Below, one piece after another: positions 19,563 through 28,432 of a stretch of DNA of 64,000 bases. This stretch comes from a virus. Its lineage: Duplodnaviria; Heunggongvirae; Uroviricota; Caudoviricetes. The notes beneath the pieces were generated by a model. That model was not told the DNA's origin and searched no databases. It was given only the letters and a program-made list of their open reading frames with translations. The DNA is taken from IMG/VR virus record IMGVR_UViG_3300045049_000270; one strand, given 5' to 3'. The translations under genes were made by a program, and so were the position numbers. How positions within the stretch are numbered: position 1 is the first letter of the stretch; each line of letters starts with the position of its first letter.

Positions 19563-19618
19563 TTGTAATTTTTATTGTCAGCATATGGTTATAGCCTGGG
19601 TCTGTGCCCAGGCACCCT

Positions 19619-20041
19619 TCAATTTTGAACTTGAGGGAAAAACTTCGGTAACAAAGTGATTGGTATGGTTGGGTTTATAAACTTAAACCCATGCTTGGCA
19701 ATGCAAGCGTTACTGTGAAACGGTTTTGCACCCTTCTCACGGTCAATACTCCACGTGATATGAAACGTACCAAAGTCTGGTCTGTATAATTCGCCATCGA
19801 TTTTTACAATCAAACATTGCACACGTTCATCGTCACAGGACACACCTACAACCTCACCAAACGTCTGGGTGGGTAAAGCGTAATCCGCAGTGACGCCAGT
19901 CTTGAGCGTCACGTGGTGAGCTATTACGTCAGGATACAGGGGAGCAATGATCTGAAGCAAAATTTCACGGTCAGAAGCTGGTAATTCCCATCCAACGTAA
20001 CCACGCTGTGGTTTTGGACCAGCTTTATTCACCTGCGTCAT
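19619..20041 (-). CDS. 2H phosphoesterase-like protein
   Basis: Two HxT motifs: HHVTL and FHITWS. Confidence 0.7.
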   Translation of the reverse strand: MTQVNKAGPKPQRGYVGWELPASDREILLQIIAPLYPDVIAHHVTLKTGVTADYALPTQTFGEVVGVSCDDERVQCLIVKIDGELYRPDFGTFHITWSIDREKGAKPFHSNACIAKHGFKFINPTIPITLLPKFFPQVQN

Positions 20042-20586
20042 TGCTTCTCCAAACTCTTCAGATTTTTGTATTGTTGCACCGCCAAGTGAGCCTTGTCAAG
20101 GTCTTCTTGAGTTCGACAGTAGACGACTGGTTGGAATGCGTCAGCACTCACGCTTTCGATAATATCGGCAATGATACCCCAGTCACCATTTGCCAATCCT
20201 GCACCAATTAAAGGTAATCCGATTTCTGGGGTGTCACCAAGTCCATACCCATCTAATAACTTGATTGCATTTTCACATGCTTCTTGCACACCAGGATAAC
20301 TTACATATACAACATTGGGATCACGTCCATAGAACTCCTGTGTGATAGCGTTGAACACTACACGTTCGAGACCAGAAACAGTATCCACACCTTTAGCAGC
20401 AACAATTCCACCAACATTGAGACCATATTGCTGGTGGTAGTGCAAATATGCTTGATATGCGAAATCACAACGAATACGCATTGTCGCTGCAACTCCGGAC
20501 CCCATAACACCTTGTGCATTGCAACCGTGCATGACAATAAGACTACGGTGCTCAAACAGGTCGCCTATCACATACTTGATTTTCAT
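20038..20586 (-). CDS. macrodomain (ADP-ribose-binding/hydrolase) protein
   Basis: GDLF, HGCNAQGVMGSGVA, PLIGAGLANGDW motifs. Confidence 0.9.
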   Translation of the reverse strand: MKIKYVIGDLFEHRSLIVMHGCNAQGVMGSGVAATMRIRCDFAYQAYLHYHQQYGLNVGGIVAAKGVDTVSGLERVVFNAITQEFYGRDPNVVYVSYPGVQEACENAIKLLDGYGLGDTPEIGLPLIGAGLANGDWGIIADIIESVSADAFQPVVYCRTQEDLDKAHLAVQQYKNLKSLEKQ

Positions 20587-20828
20587 TTCAACATTTTTCC
20601 TATTTCAGGTAACGCATTGATGTATTCTTCCTCAGTGAGGCAGGCTATACTTTCAATGCTATTTTCATTTACGAATTGGTTGCCGATCATTATAGCATTA
20701 TAGCCAAGCGGTTCTGACATTAAACCATGTACAATTCTACCCGATTGCATAAAAGCAATCGCATGAGTCTTACAACCATATCGTAGCATCGCATGAGCTG
20801 CAAGGATAACACTGTAATCAGTTTGCAT
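20583..20828 (-). CDS. hypothetical protein
   Basis: Coupled ORF in operon. Confidence 0.55.
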   Translation of the reverse strand: MQTDYSVILAAHAMLRYGCKTHAIAFMQSGRIVHGLMSEPLGYNAIMIGNQFVNENSIESIACLTEEEYINALPEIGKMLK

Positions 20829-21187
20829 TATAACACTTCTAATTTAAATTGGATAGCAGTAGAAACATCTGCTATCGCAATAACTAATTCACTATATGCC
20901 ATTGCATCATATAGTGAATTGGTACCAATTAAAATTGTACCAATATACAATTCAGATGAATGCATGGTGGTGGTAGAAATCAAATAACCAGTTGGTAAAT
21001 CATTAGTTTTATCACGATATTGCAGAAAGCTATTATAGCTTGCGATAAATCCTGGTTCTCCTGATTTCAAATGCTTACTTGTATATTCATAAAAGCTAGG
21101 GATATTATGGCATATCCAAGTCATAGCATTGCGATATACATCTGAATTGATATTACCAGTCACATCTAAAGTTAATACTGTATTCAT
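20828..21187 (-). CDS. FKL-family protein
   Basis: TWICHNI; C-terminal IADVSTAIQFKL. Confidence 0.7.
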   Translation of the reverse strand: MNTVLTLDVTGNINSDVYRNAMTWICHNIPSFYEYTSKHLKSGEPGFIASYNSFLQYRDKTNDLPTGYLISTTTMHSSELYIGTILIGTNSLYDAMAYSELVIAIADVSTAIQFKLEVL

Positions 21188-21663
21188 GACAGCGCTAATT
21201 TATATAGAACCGCATCGGTTACTGAATTGAAGAACAATATAGTCTTCATTAAATAATGTCGATCTGAATAAGCCGATATCGTAACCCATCTTTCCCACCC
21301 AGGACCGTAATCATGGCAAACTTGATAGGGTAACCATGGATCATTAGTCAATTTCACGAGTTTATCCATTTCTTTCTGCCACAAAATAAGCGATTCTTGT
21401 AACGATAGATGAGTATGATCAATTACCAGTTCGAATTCTTTGAATTCGAACTCCTGATTTCGCCTAACAAAACGAGTAAATTTTGGCAGACTATTTTCAT
21501 TGAAATAGTTGTCACTGTCAACGTCTCTAGTTGTAATCGATGAAAATCCATCATATCCGTAAGTAGTGAATAAGAATTCATTCATCTTATCCAATTTGGA
21601 TAACATACCATCAGCACCCGACCATACTAAATCAATTCTAGACCGTTCGTCCATTTCATTCAC
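21184..21663 (-). CDS. FKL-family protein
   Basis: DYGPGWER; FNSVTDAVLYKL. Confidence 0.7.
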   Translation of the reverse strand: MNEMDERSRIDLVWSGADGMLSKLDKMNEFLFTTYGYDGFSSITTRDVDSDNYFNENSLPKFTRFVRRNQEFEFKEFELVIDHTHLSLQESLILWQKEMDKLVKLTNDPWLPYQVCHDYGPGWERWVTISAYSDRHYLMKTILFFNSVTDAVLYKLALS

Positions 21664-22147
21664 CAGAAAAAATCAACTTGAAGGCGCAACCATCTACCGC
21701 ATTATCAAAGAAAACAATCTGGCTGCAATGATATTGACCATCATACGAAATCGTACAAAAACGCTCCCATCCTGGACCAAAATCACGGTTTATGTTGTAT
21801 GGTCGAGATCTCTTGAAATGAATATACGGCAACAGTAATCCCATATATTCATTCCATTTTCTAACATATTCATGATCAATTACTTTATCACGAGCCATAC
21901 TGATTCTATGTTGCTCACCATCCAGGTGATAACATGAAAAATCATAAATGTTTCGATCAGCCGTAACTGTCATCTTGCTGTTTTCATAAAATAAATCAAA
22001 TTCCCCCAATATATTTGAAGGGCGCACGATTTTGGTGTAACTCTCGTAATAACCATTAGACCCTAAGTTATCAAACAACCAACGATTATACTCGTCATGT
22101 GGTACACCAAATTCAGTCTGCTTTGAAGCACAATATCTTTCACTCAT
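21656..22147 (-). CDS. FKL-family protein
   Basis: WLFDNLG; DFGPGWER; FDNAVDGCAFKL. Confidence 0.7.
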   Translation of the reverse strand: MSERYCASKQTEFGVPHDEYNRWLFDNLGSNGYYESYTKIVRPSNILGEFDLFYENSKMTVTADRNIYDFSCYHLDGEQHRISMARDKVIDHEYVRKWNEYMGLLLPYIHFKRSRPYNINRDFGPGWERFCTISYDGQYHCSQIVFFDNAVDGCAFKLIFSGE

Positions 22148-22485
22148 GATAATATCAACTTTAATTGAACAGCCAATACATCATCATCAATCAGCACATC
22201 AATATGATAATTATGACCTTTTGAAATAGACTTCACCACTCGCCACCCAGGACCACACATCAGCTTTAATCGAGTAACATCATTAGGCAAACTCACTCCA
22301 AGCCATTCAGCATACAAAATACGACATTCAGGCCAATACGCACTGTGATTATCACTGCTATATTCGGAACCATTAATCCTATACTCAATCATACCCAAGC
22401 GCTGAGATAACCACTCCACAATACAATTACTATCAACAATCCACTTATGGTGTAATTCATGTTTTATTCTTATACGATTCTTCAC
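22144..22485 (-). CDS. FKL-family protein
   Basis: WLSQRLG; GPGW; IDDDVLAVQLKL. Confidence 0.7.
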   Translation of the reverse strand: MKNRIRIKHELHHKWIVDSNCIVEWLSQRLGMIEYRINGSEYSSDNHSAYWPECRILYAEWLGVSLPNDVTRLKLMCGPGWRVVKSISKGHNYHIDVLIDDDVLAVQLKLILS

Positions 22486-22560
22486 GATAATTCATGGAGG
22501 TTAATGAGTATGTCGCCTACTGGCTCTATCAGATACTTGTGTCAAACCCAGAGAGAACTC
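22484..22560. repeat. dispersed arm-hairpin-arm element, copy 1
   Basis: ACGATAATTCATGGAGGTT-N41-AAACCCAGAGAGAACTC. Confidence 0.85.
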
Positions 22561-22565
22561 GCGAT

Positions 22566-22925
22566 TTATGAAAATAATAATTTTGCTTGAACCGCAAACG
22601 TGGAATCACTAACAAATACCGAACACAAATATTTGTATTTTGAGAAAACTGTACGATGCTCACGAACCAATATCCATCCATCACCATATTCAATTGTAAC
22701 CGCATCTGGTTGTTCAACAAGATTACCAAATAATTCGATATATTTGGTTTTCATCTGCTCCCAAGAAATAAACTCGGTATTTTCCTGACAAAAAGATAAA
22801 GTAGTCGAAGCCGAGAATACTCTCTCGATATATGAACCGACATTATCTATGAGCCAATCCTTCGTATCATTTGACTTAGTCACGTAATCAATTACGTCAT
22901 TGAAATGGAGAGTAAATGAATGCAT
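22566..22925 (-). CDS. FKL-family protein
   Basis: WLIDNVG; YGDGW; SDSTFAVQAKL. Confidence 0.7.
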   Translation of the reverse strand: MHSFTLHFNDVIDYVTKSNDTKDWLIDNVGSYIERVFSASTTLSFCQENTEFISWEQMKTKYIELFGNLVEQPDAVTIEYGDGWILVREHRTVFSKYKYLCSVFVSDSTFAVQAKLLFS

Positions 22926-22926
22926 A

Positions 22927-23265
22927 TCAAGAAAATAATAGTTTCGATTGAACTGCTAACACATCATCGTCGATGCAGGTATGAAATTCTAAAAAAGCCT
23001 GTCTACCACCATTCATTCGTTTATAATGAAGTTCAAGAATAACAGCCCACCCTTTACCATATGTGATGGTGATAGAAGTTGATTCAAGCTTTTTATTCAT
23101 TAATTTTTGATACGATTCCTCTGCAACTGACCATTCATGTGAATCAAAACAAAAGATTTGAATTGTCTTTTGAACATATCCAACATTCATTTGTAGCCAT
23201 TCGTGCAATACTCTTATCTTGTTGTCAAATTCAGCATCAGTTGAATTAAGAGTGAATACATTCAT
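22927..23265 (-). CDS. FKL-family protein
   Basis: WLQMNVG; YGKGW; IDDDVLAVQSKL. Confidence 0.7.
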   Translation of the reverse strand: MNVFTLNSTDAEFDNKIRVLHEWLQMNVGYVQKTIQIFCFDSHEWSVAEESYQKLMNKKLESTSITITYGKGWAVILELHYKRMNGGRQAFLEFHTCIDDDVLAVQSKLLFS

Positions 23266-23633
23266 GATAGTACCAACCTAGCTTGAACTCCCATCGAAAT
23301 ATCATTAATTAATATCGTAATCAAATACAAAGGGTCACCACCAATCTTACCAAGGTATTCCCTGATAACTACCCATCCATCACCATATTGAATGACCATA
23401 ACAGTAGAACGCGTGTCTTCACCAATTAATTCCCTATATGTTGAACATATTTCAGACCATGGAATGCTATCTGCATAGATATCTTCTTTATATTCTAAAG
23501 AACCAACAGAAGACGAAACACGATTCAATTCATCACCAACATTTGAAATCAGCCAAGCATTAACTTCATAGCTTTTGTCTATATAACGATATAGATTATT
23601 CTGGCTAATCGTAAAACTATTCATTTCATTCAC
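23262..23633 (-). CDS. FKL-family protein
   Basis: WLISNVG; YGDGW; NDISMGVQARL. Confidence 0.7.
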   Translation of the reverse strand: MNEMNSFTISQNNLYRYIDKSYEVNAWLISNVGDELNRVSSSVGSLEYKEDIYADSIPWSEICSTYRELIGEDTRSTVMVIQYGDGWVVIREYLGKIGGDPLYLITILINDISMGVQARLVLS

Positions 23634-23634
23634 A

Positions 23635-24021
23635 CTATAATGAACTAGCTATTAATTTCAACTCGACAGCAATAACATCGTCACTATCTGGAATATGAAC
23701 AAACACTCGACGCTTGCAAATATAATTGTGCTTATCCAACCAACAAACAAGAGCAATACAGTAACCGGAACTATAAGGAGTATCAATTGCCCAAATGCGC
23801 CAAGCATCAGATATATCCTCTCGACTAACACCACATTTGTCCAATGCCTTCTTCATGTCATCGTCAAACCGAGAACTCACATAATTATTGTGATCACGTA
23901 CCCAATGCACATTATCAACACCAGTTGTGTCTTTATACTTCTGCCACAACCACGATGCAACACTTCGAAAAAACCCCTTTTCATGAGGAGAAGCATGGTT
24001 ATAAACCAATTCAAAGTTCAT
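23635..24021 (-). CDS. FKL-family protein
   Basis: SWLW; DDVIAVELKL. Confidence 0.7.
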   Translation of the reverse strand: MNFELVYNHASPHEKGFFRSVASWLWQKYKDTTGVDNVHWVRDHNNYVSSRFDDDMKKALDKCGVSREDISDAWRIWAIDTPYSSGYCIALVCWLDKHNYICKRRVFVHIPDSDDVIAVELKLIASSL

Positions 24022-24030
24022 ATCTTTTCA

Positions 24031-24106
24031 ACGAATAATTCATGGAGGTTACTGATCATGTTAGGGAGGAACCCTTCACGGATGATGTCAAACCCAGGCA
24101 GAACTC
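24031..24106. repeat. dispersed arm-hairpin-arm element, copy 2
   Basis: ACGAATAATTCATGGAGGTT-N39-AAACCCAGGCAGAACTC. Confidence 0.85.
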
Positions 24107-24539
24107 ACAAAATATCAGCTGCTACCAATTTAAATTTCACTGCATCACTAACCGTTAGAAAATCAAGTACGATGAAATCAGACCACGATTCAGGTATACC
24201 AAACCGACCTGGTGCATTGCTGGCAATACTGCTTATACGAATACAGTCACTAAGCCACATATTTGCGTAAGCTATATAATATCCATCAGCAAATGTCGAG
24301 ACATCCCATTTTATCGTGTCAATTGCTCTAATTGTTTCGTCAACGACCCACCAATAAGCCTCAAACGTGCATTCAAACTGTTCACACACTCTATCATGTA
24401 AACATTCAAGCTTATTTTCTAATTCTGTTCCATCCATATCACCCAACGATACAACAATACGTTGCATATTTGAATGTTCACCAGAGGGCGGCCATATTGG
24501 CCAAGCTCTGCTTGTTTCTGTTTTATCGATTTTGTTCAT
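24105..24539 (-). CDS. FKL-family protein
   Basis: FLTVSDAVKFKL. Confidence 0.7.
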   Translation of the reverse strand: MNKIDKTETSRAWPIWPPSGEHSNMQRIVVSLGDMDGTELENKLECLHDRVCEQFECTFEAYWWVVDETIRAIDTIKWDVSTFADGYYIAYANMWLSDCIRISSIASNAPGRFGIPESWSDFIVLDFLTVSDAVKFKLVAADIL

Positions 24540-24620
24540 ATGAATCTTCTAGCCACAAGAATGGCACTAATCAGTGCCATTCTAACATATTGCCAGTAGA
24601 TGCTTACGTGCAGAATACCA

Positions 24621-25013
24621 TTATTCGTCTAGTTCATTGTCTTCAAAATCTGTCCAATTGTGCCAAATTAGCCTGAATAGTAAGGCAAGTGTTTCATCAT
24701 CAAAAGAAAACAATGAAGACGTCAAATTTTGCGTCACTGCGGGGATAGCAATCGTCACTTTATGCACTTCCTCAAAATACCAGCCATCCCCTACAATCGT
24801 CTTATAGTGCTTGTAATCGCCATCGTCCGCAGTGACTTTAGTAATATGATAAAAATCAACATTGCAGTCAAATTGCTCATCCGACCGCAACTTGTAGCAT
24901 TGATAGTTGATTGATGATTTTGAGTTAGTCTGGAGCTCTAGCCACTTCACCAACCGTTTGGCATGATACCCTGAAGAGTGTGGATGGGCTAGATAATCAA
25001 ATTTGATCGACAT
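24621..25013 (-). CDS. FKL-family protein
   Basis: KWLE; GDGW; FDDETLALLFRL. Confidence 0.7.
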   Translation of the reverse strand: MSIKFDYLAHPHSSGYHAKRLVKWLELQTNSKSSINYQCYKLRSDEQFDCNVDFYHITKVTADDGDYKHYKTIVGDGWYFEEVHKVTIAIPAVTQNLTSSLFSFDDETLALLFRLIWHNWTDFEDNELDE

Positions 25014-25049
25014 GGCTAATCTCAGAACAAGACTAGCCAGTCTAACACA

Positions 25050-25517
25050 TTATGCCAATTTGGCGTGAACTTCTTTGGTGAGCGCTTCGATTCGCTCGCT
25101 CAAGTCTTTGATTGTTTGAGTCAACTCTGTATTTTGTGCCAATAATTGCATGACTTGCTCTTGACGCTTCAAGTTTTCTTGCGCCAATTCTTCTCTATGT
25201 TGTGCATCCGCATCTGCGTGCGCCTTGTCACGATCGGCTTGGCGCGTCTGGGCCAATAAGATTAAAGGTGCAGCATATGCAGCTTGCAAACTAAATGCTA
25301 AGTTCAGTAGAATGAATGGATATGGGTCGAATTTGGTCCAGCCCATTATATTCACGAACATCCAGGCGAACACGACGAACGTTTGGCCGATCAGGAATGT
25401 TGGTGTTCCGAAGAAACGAGCAAATGCTTCGGCCTTGAGGGCAAACCAATCATCGCCAAATACAGTTGATAGATGTAGGTGTGGTAAATGAAAACGAAAA
25501 TGATGTTTTTCGGACAT
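25050..25517 (-). CDS. DUF1003-family membrane protein
   Basis: FDPYPFILLNL.FS.QAAYAAPLILLAQ.RQ..RD signature; ATG at 25517. Confidence 0.9.
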   Translation of the reverse strand: MSEKHHFRFHLPHLHLSTVFGDDWFALKAEAFARFFGTPTFLIGQTFVVFAWMFVNIMGWTKFDPYPFILLNLAFSLQAAYAAPLILLAQTRQADRDKAHADADAQHREELAQENLKRQEQVMQLLAQNTELTQTIKDLSERIEALTKEVHAKLA

Positions 25518-25518
25518 G

Positions 25519-25574
25519 GCAAAACTCCCCGCTAAATTTACCACTATTTATGGTAACTCAGCAGGGAGTTTTGC
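25519..25574 (-). promoter_or_regulatory. late promoter inside an RBS-sequestering hairpin
   Basis: GCAAAACTCCC..TTACCA-TAAATAG-TGGTAA..GGGAGTTTTGC-C-ATG (minus strand). Confidence 0.8.
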
Positions 25575-25592
25575 TTAAATGAACAGCTTGAA

Positions 25593-26039
25593 TTAAAACA
25601 CGTTGCGCATGCTGATTGCTTTGTCGAATGTGCTATCTTGCATGCCATCCGCATACACAACAACAATCTTACGGCCAATTTTGCCTTTTTCGTCATTCCA
25701 GACTTGTTCCTTCACTAACATAACTGCAATGTTACCGTAAGAATCGTTTTTCTTGTAGAATACTTGGTTGATCTTGTAACCATTTCCTTCGAGTGAGCAG
25801 ATTGTGTTTGCTTGCTTGTCGGTCATTTGCGTGAGCAAGCGATCATATTTTGCATTGTTGCGCGCGACGCGCTCGCGGCGACGTTGCATTTCTGCTCGAG
25901 CCATCTCTCGCAGTGCAGCATCTAGACTATCCGGATTGTTAAGCAGCAGATCGATCAGGGCACGCAGTTGACGTTCTTCGCTAACCATCTTGCTCTCCGT
26001 GTTGTTTACCATGTATCGTATTCTACATTCATTTGGCAA
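25593..26039 (-). CDS. hypothetical protein
   Basis: ORF downstream of a TTGACT-16-TAGAAT promoter; true start probably the second Met. Confidence 0.65.
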   Translation of the reverse strand: MPNECRIRYMVNNTESKMVSEERQLRALIDLLLNNPDSLDAALREMARAEMQRRRERVARNNAKYDRLLTQMTDKQANTICSLEGNGYKINQVFYKKNDSYGNIAVMLVKEQVWNDEKGKIGRKIVVVYADGMQDSTFDKAISMRNVF

Positions 26040-26053
26040 ACAGTCAATAGTTT

Positions 26054-26464
26054 TCAGAGGCCACTCAACACTAATTTGGTTTCGACCGCAAACACGTCGT
26101 CTTCAATATACAGAAGATCACTACGTCGCAAATAATTCTTTACGCCTTGAAGATGATCACGTTTATAAAGATCATAGTAGTTGATAGCTACCAGTTTCCA
26201 TGTATTGGCTATACGAATTCGTTCTTCTCGATATGAACCAACCGCAAATATCCGATGAGATTCTTCACCCATTTCATATTCGCAATCTAATTCTTCACCA
26301 ATTAAGACATCATTTTCATCATAATGTAATCTAAAATGTCTTACTGTATTTGTATGCGGGGCGTCGCGTTCTCGCAACCATTTAATGATGTTAAATTTCT
26401 TCATCAAATGGCGATATAATCTCGAGTCCTCATTGATATTGTTGTTAAGATCGATAATATTCAT
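26054..26464 (-). CDS. FKL-family protein
   Basis: KWLRE; IEDDVFAVETKL. Confidence 0.7.
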   Translation of the reverse strand: MNIIDLNNNINEDSRLYRHLMKKFNIIKWLRERDAPHTNTVRHFRLHYDENDVLIGEELDCEYEMGEESHRIFAVGSYREERIRIANTWKLVAINYYDLYKRDHLQGVKNYLRRSDLLYIEDDVFAVETKLVLSGL

Positions 26465-26832
26465 TATATTGTTAATTTGAAAAGTACAGCATCTGTATCA
26501 TCTTCAAACTCCATAATCCATTCGTACGGCCCAAGTTCCAATCTTCCATCCGTGTAACGATCTATATCTTGAGTTTGAATAAAACGGATTTTGTCGTCAC
26601 CGATTATAAGTCGCCGAATATACTTACCAGGAGATTCAGGAGGGTCTTCCGACCAACCCATCTTAGATTCTACTTTGATTACTGTTTGATTGTCATCAAG
26701 ATGAACCAGTTCCATAATCCGTTCATAATTTGAAACATTAGCATAAACCCATTGCTTTGCTTCGTGAATTTGCTTGATAACATCGTAAAACACATTTGAT
26801 CTTCGTAGAATCTTATATTTGATCATAGTCAA
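26464..26832 (-). CDS. FKL-family protein
   Basis: QWVYANV; FEDDTDAVLFKL. Confidence 0.7.
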   Translation of the reverse strand: MTMIKYKILRRSNVFYDVIKQIHEAKQWVYANVSNYERIMELVHLDDNQTVIKVESKMGWSEDPPESPGKYIRRLIIGDDKIRFIQTQDIDRYTDGRLELGPYEWIMEFEDDTDAVLFKLTI

Positions 26833-27491
26833 AGAACATCAAAATCAATTATGGTTAATTTTTTACCATAAACTGCACCTGTGTCAATATACAGCAAATT
26901 ACCAAGTGCCAATACATCAGTGACTGGCGTATGACCAACAATCAGTTTGTATAGTCCTTCAACATTCGTTGAATCTCGATATTGAATCCGATCACGATCC
27001 CACTGACAATGCTCAACAATATGAGGAGCATACATACCAGATTGAAGCATATTCATCAATGTTGACCAACTAGTATATGGACAATCTGCATGAACTATAC
27101 CGATTAAGCCTTTATCAGTTTCAACTTCAAGAGCAATTGGTAATTTCGCAAGACTTTTCGCAATCCGTTCTCGAGTTTCCAAATCAGAATTAATGAACCA
27201 CGTACCACCATTTGATTTGTAAAGGTTCACATTGCAACGACCACGAGTATAATCTATCGCCATTCTGTCATGATTACCTTGAACCGCATGAAACCACGGT
27301 TTTTCTAAGAACTCTTCAACTCGATAGCTTTCGGCACCACGATCAACAAGATCACCAACTGAAAACAGACGATCAGTTTCTGGATTGAATCCAATTTGCT
27401 TTAATCTAGCTTCTAGAAGAGAATAACAACCATGTAGGTCGCCAACTGCATAATCCTTGCCTAGTATATTCTTTTCATAATGTTCAAACAT
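26829..27491 (-). CDS. Ser/Thr protein phosphatase (PphA / lambda NinI-like metallophosphoesterase)
   Basis: GDLHG, VGDLVDRG, GNHD, HAD, GHTP, IDTGA motifs. Confidence 0.93.
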   Translation of the reverse strand: MFEHYEKNILGKDYAVGDLHGCYSLLEARLKQIGFNPETDRLFSVGDLVDRGAESYRVEEFLEKPWFHAVQGNHDRMAIDYTRGRCNVNLYKSNGGTWFINSDLETRERIAKSLAKLPIALEVETDKGLIGIVHADCPYTSWSTLMNMLQSGMYAPHIVEHCQWDRDRIQYRDSTNVEGLYKLIVGHTPVTDVLALGNLLYIDTGAVYGKKLTIIDFDVL

Positions 27492-27550
27492 AGGGGTCTC
27501 TTTTATTATGCTGCCCCACTACAATCAGTAATTGAAGCGAGGATACTTAC

Positions 27551-27946
27551 TTATTTTCGTTCATAGGGTTGACAGCAGAACAAACAGCAATCCCAACATG
27601 GGTCATATTCTTCATCATAAACGCATGTACCAAGTACGTTTATTTCATTTTCGCAATCCCATTGCAACGGGACTCTTAGTTCATCTTCATGCGGAATTTC
27701 ATCTAATCCAAGCTCTTCCTGGTGCAAACAAATCTGAATATGAGCTTCTTTAATTGCCAAGTCAACCATTTGCTTGTGGACTTTATCAGCATCACGTTCA
27801 GCTTTCCAAACTTTTTCTTGGGCAGCTTCATATTGACGCTGTAATTCATCAAACATTTGCGGTAATTTTGCCATTTTATCAATCTTATGGTAGGAAAGCC
27901 AAATGTTACACACATTTGGCTTTCCTAGCAACCGAAGCTGGATCAA
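27551..27946 (-). CDS. hypothetical protein with Cys-rich C-terminus
   Basis: C...CVY...CWDCCLFCCQPYERK. Confidence 0.6.
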   Translation of the reverse strand: MIQLRLLGKPNVCNIWLSYHKIDKMAKLPQMFDELQRQYEAAQEKVWKAERDADKVHKQMVDLAIKEAHIQICLHQEELGLDEIPHEDELRVPLQWDCENEINVLGTCVYDEEYDPCWDCCLFCCQPYERK

Positions 27947-28182
27947 TACTTTCTTTTACCGCGCTTGATGTTCTCACGTTGGATACGTGCTAGCCGGTGA
28001 CCCCAAATCGTATCAATGGGGTGAAACAACAATGCAAACCAGAATTGCAGGATACCGACACGAACTGAATGTCCGTTAGTTGGATCAATCGCTATCCAGT
28101 TATTCCAGATACCGACGAAGATTACGATGAATGCAACAAAAATAGTTGCGACGAGGTAAACTGTAGCTTCATTATGATCCAT
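27943..28182 (-). CDS. small membrane protein
   Basis: Two hydrophobic segments and a basic tail. Confidence 0.6.
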   Translation of the reverse strand: MDHNEATVYLVATIFVAFIVIFVGIWNNWIAIDPTNGHSVRVGILQFWFALLFHPIDTIWGHRLARIQRENIKRGKRKY

Positions 28183-28379
28183 TACATCAACCCCGTACGA
28201 CGTGCTTCACGAAGGCGTGCCAGCCTCTCAACAACACGTAACATAACAAGCTTTGCTGATAGGTTCGCAGAACGTGCAAGGTCAGGGCGTGAACCAGCCA
28301 CCATCACCACGCCAATCTTTAACAATTCGCTCATGAATTCAACAAAAACGACATCATCTTGCATTTGTTTTTCGCCCAT
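28182..28379 (-). CDS. hypothetical protein
   Basis: GGAGG RBS; coupled to the next gene. Confidence 0.55.
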   Translation of the reverse strand: MGEKQMQDDVVFVEFMSELLKIGVVMVAGSRPDLARSANLSAKLVMLRVVERLARLREARRTGLM

Positions 28380-28432
28380 TGTTACCTCCGTTCAGTACCA
28401 TAAGATTATGGTACTTTCATATGAACTAGAGA

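Noticed and set aside
22484-24106. Canonical integron attC sites
   Set aside because: Order is GTT...AAC rather than RYYYAAC...GTTRRRY, and no integrase is in the window; kept only as an analogy
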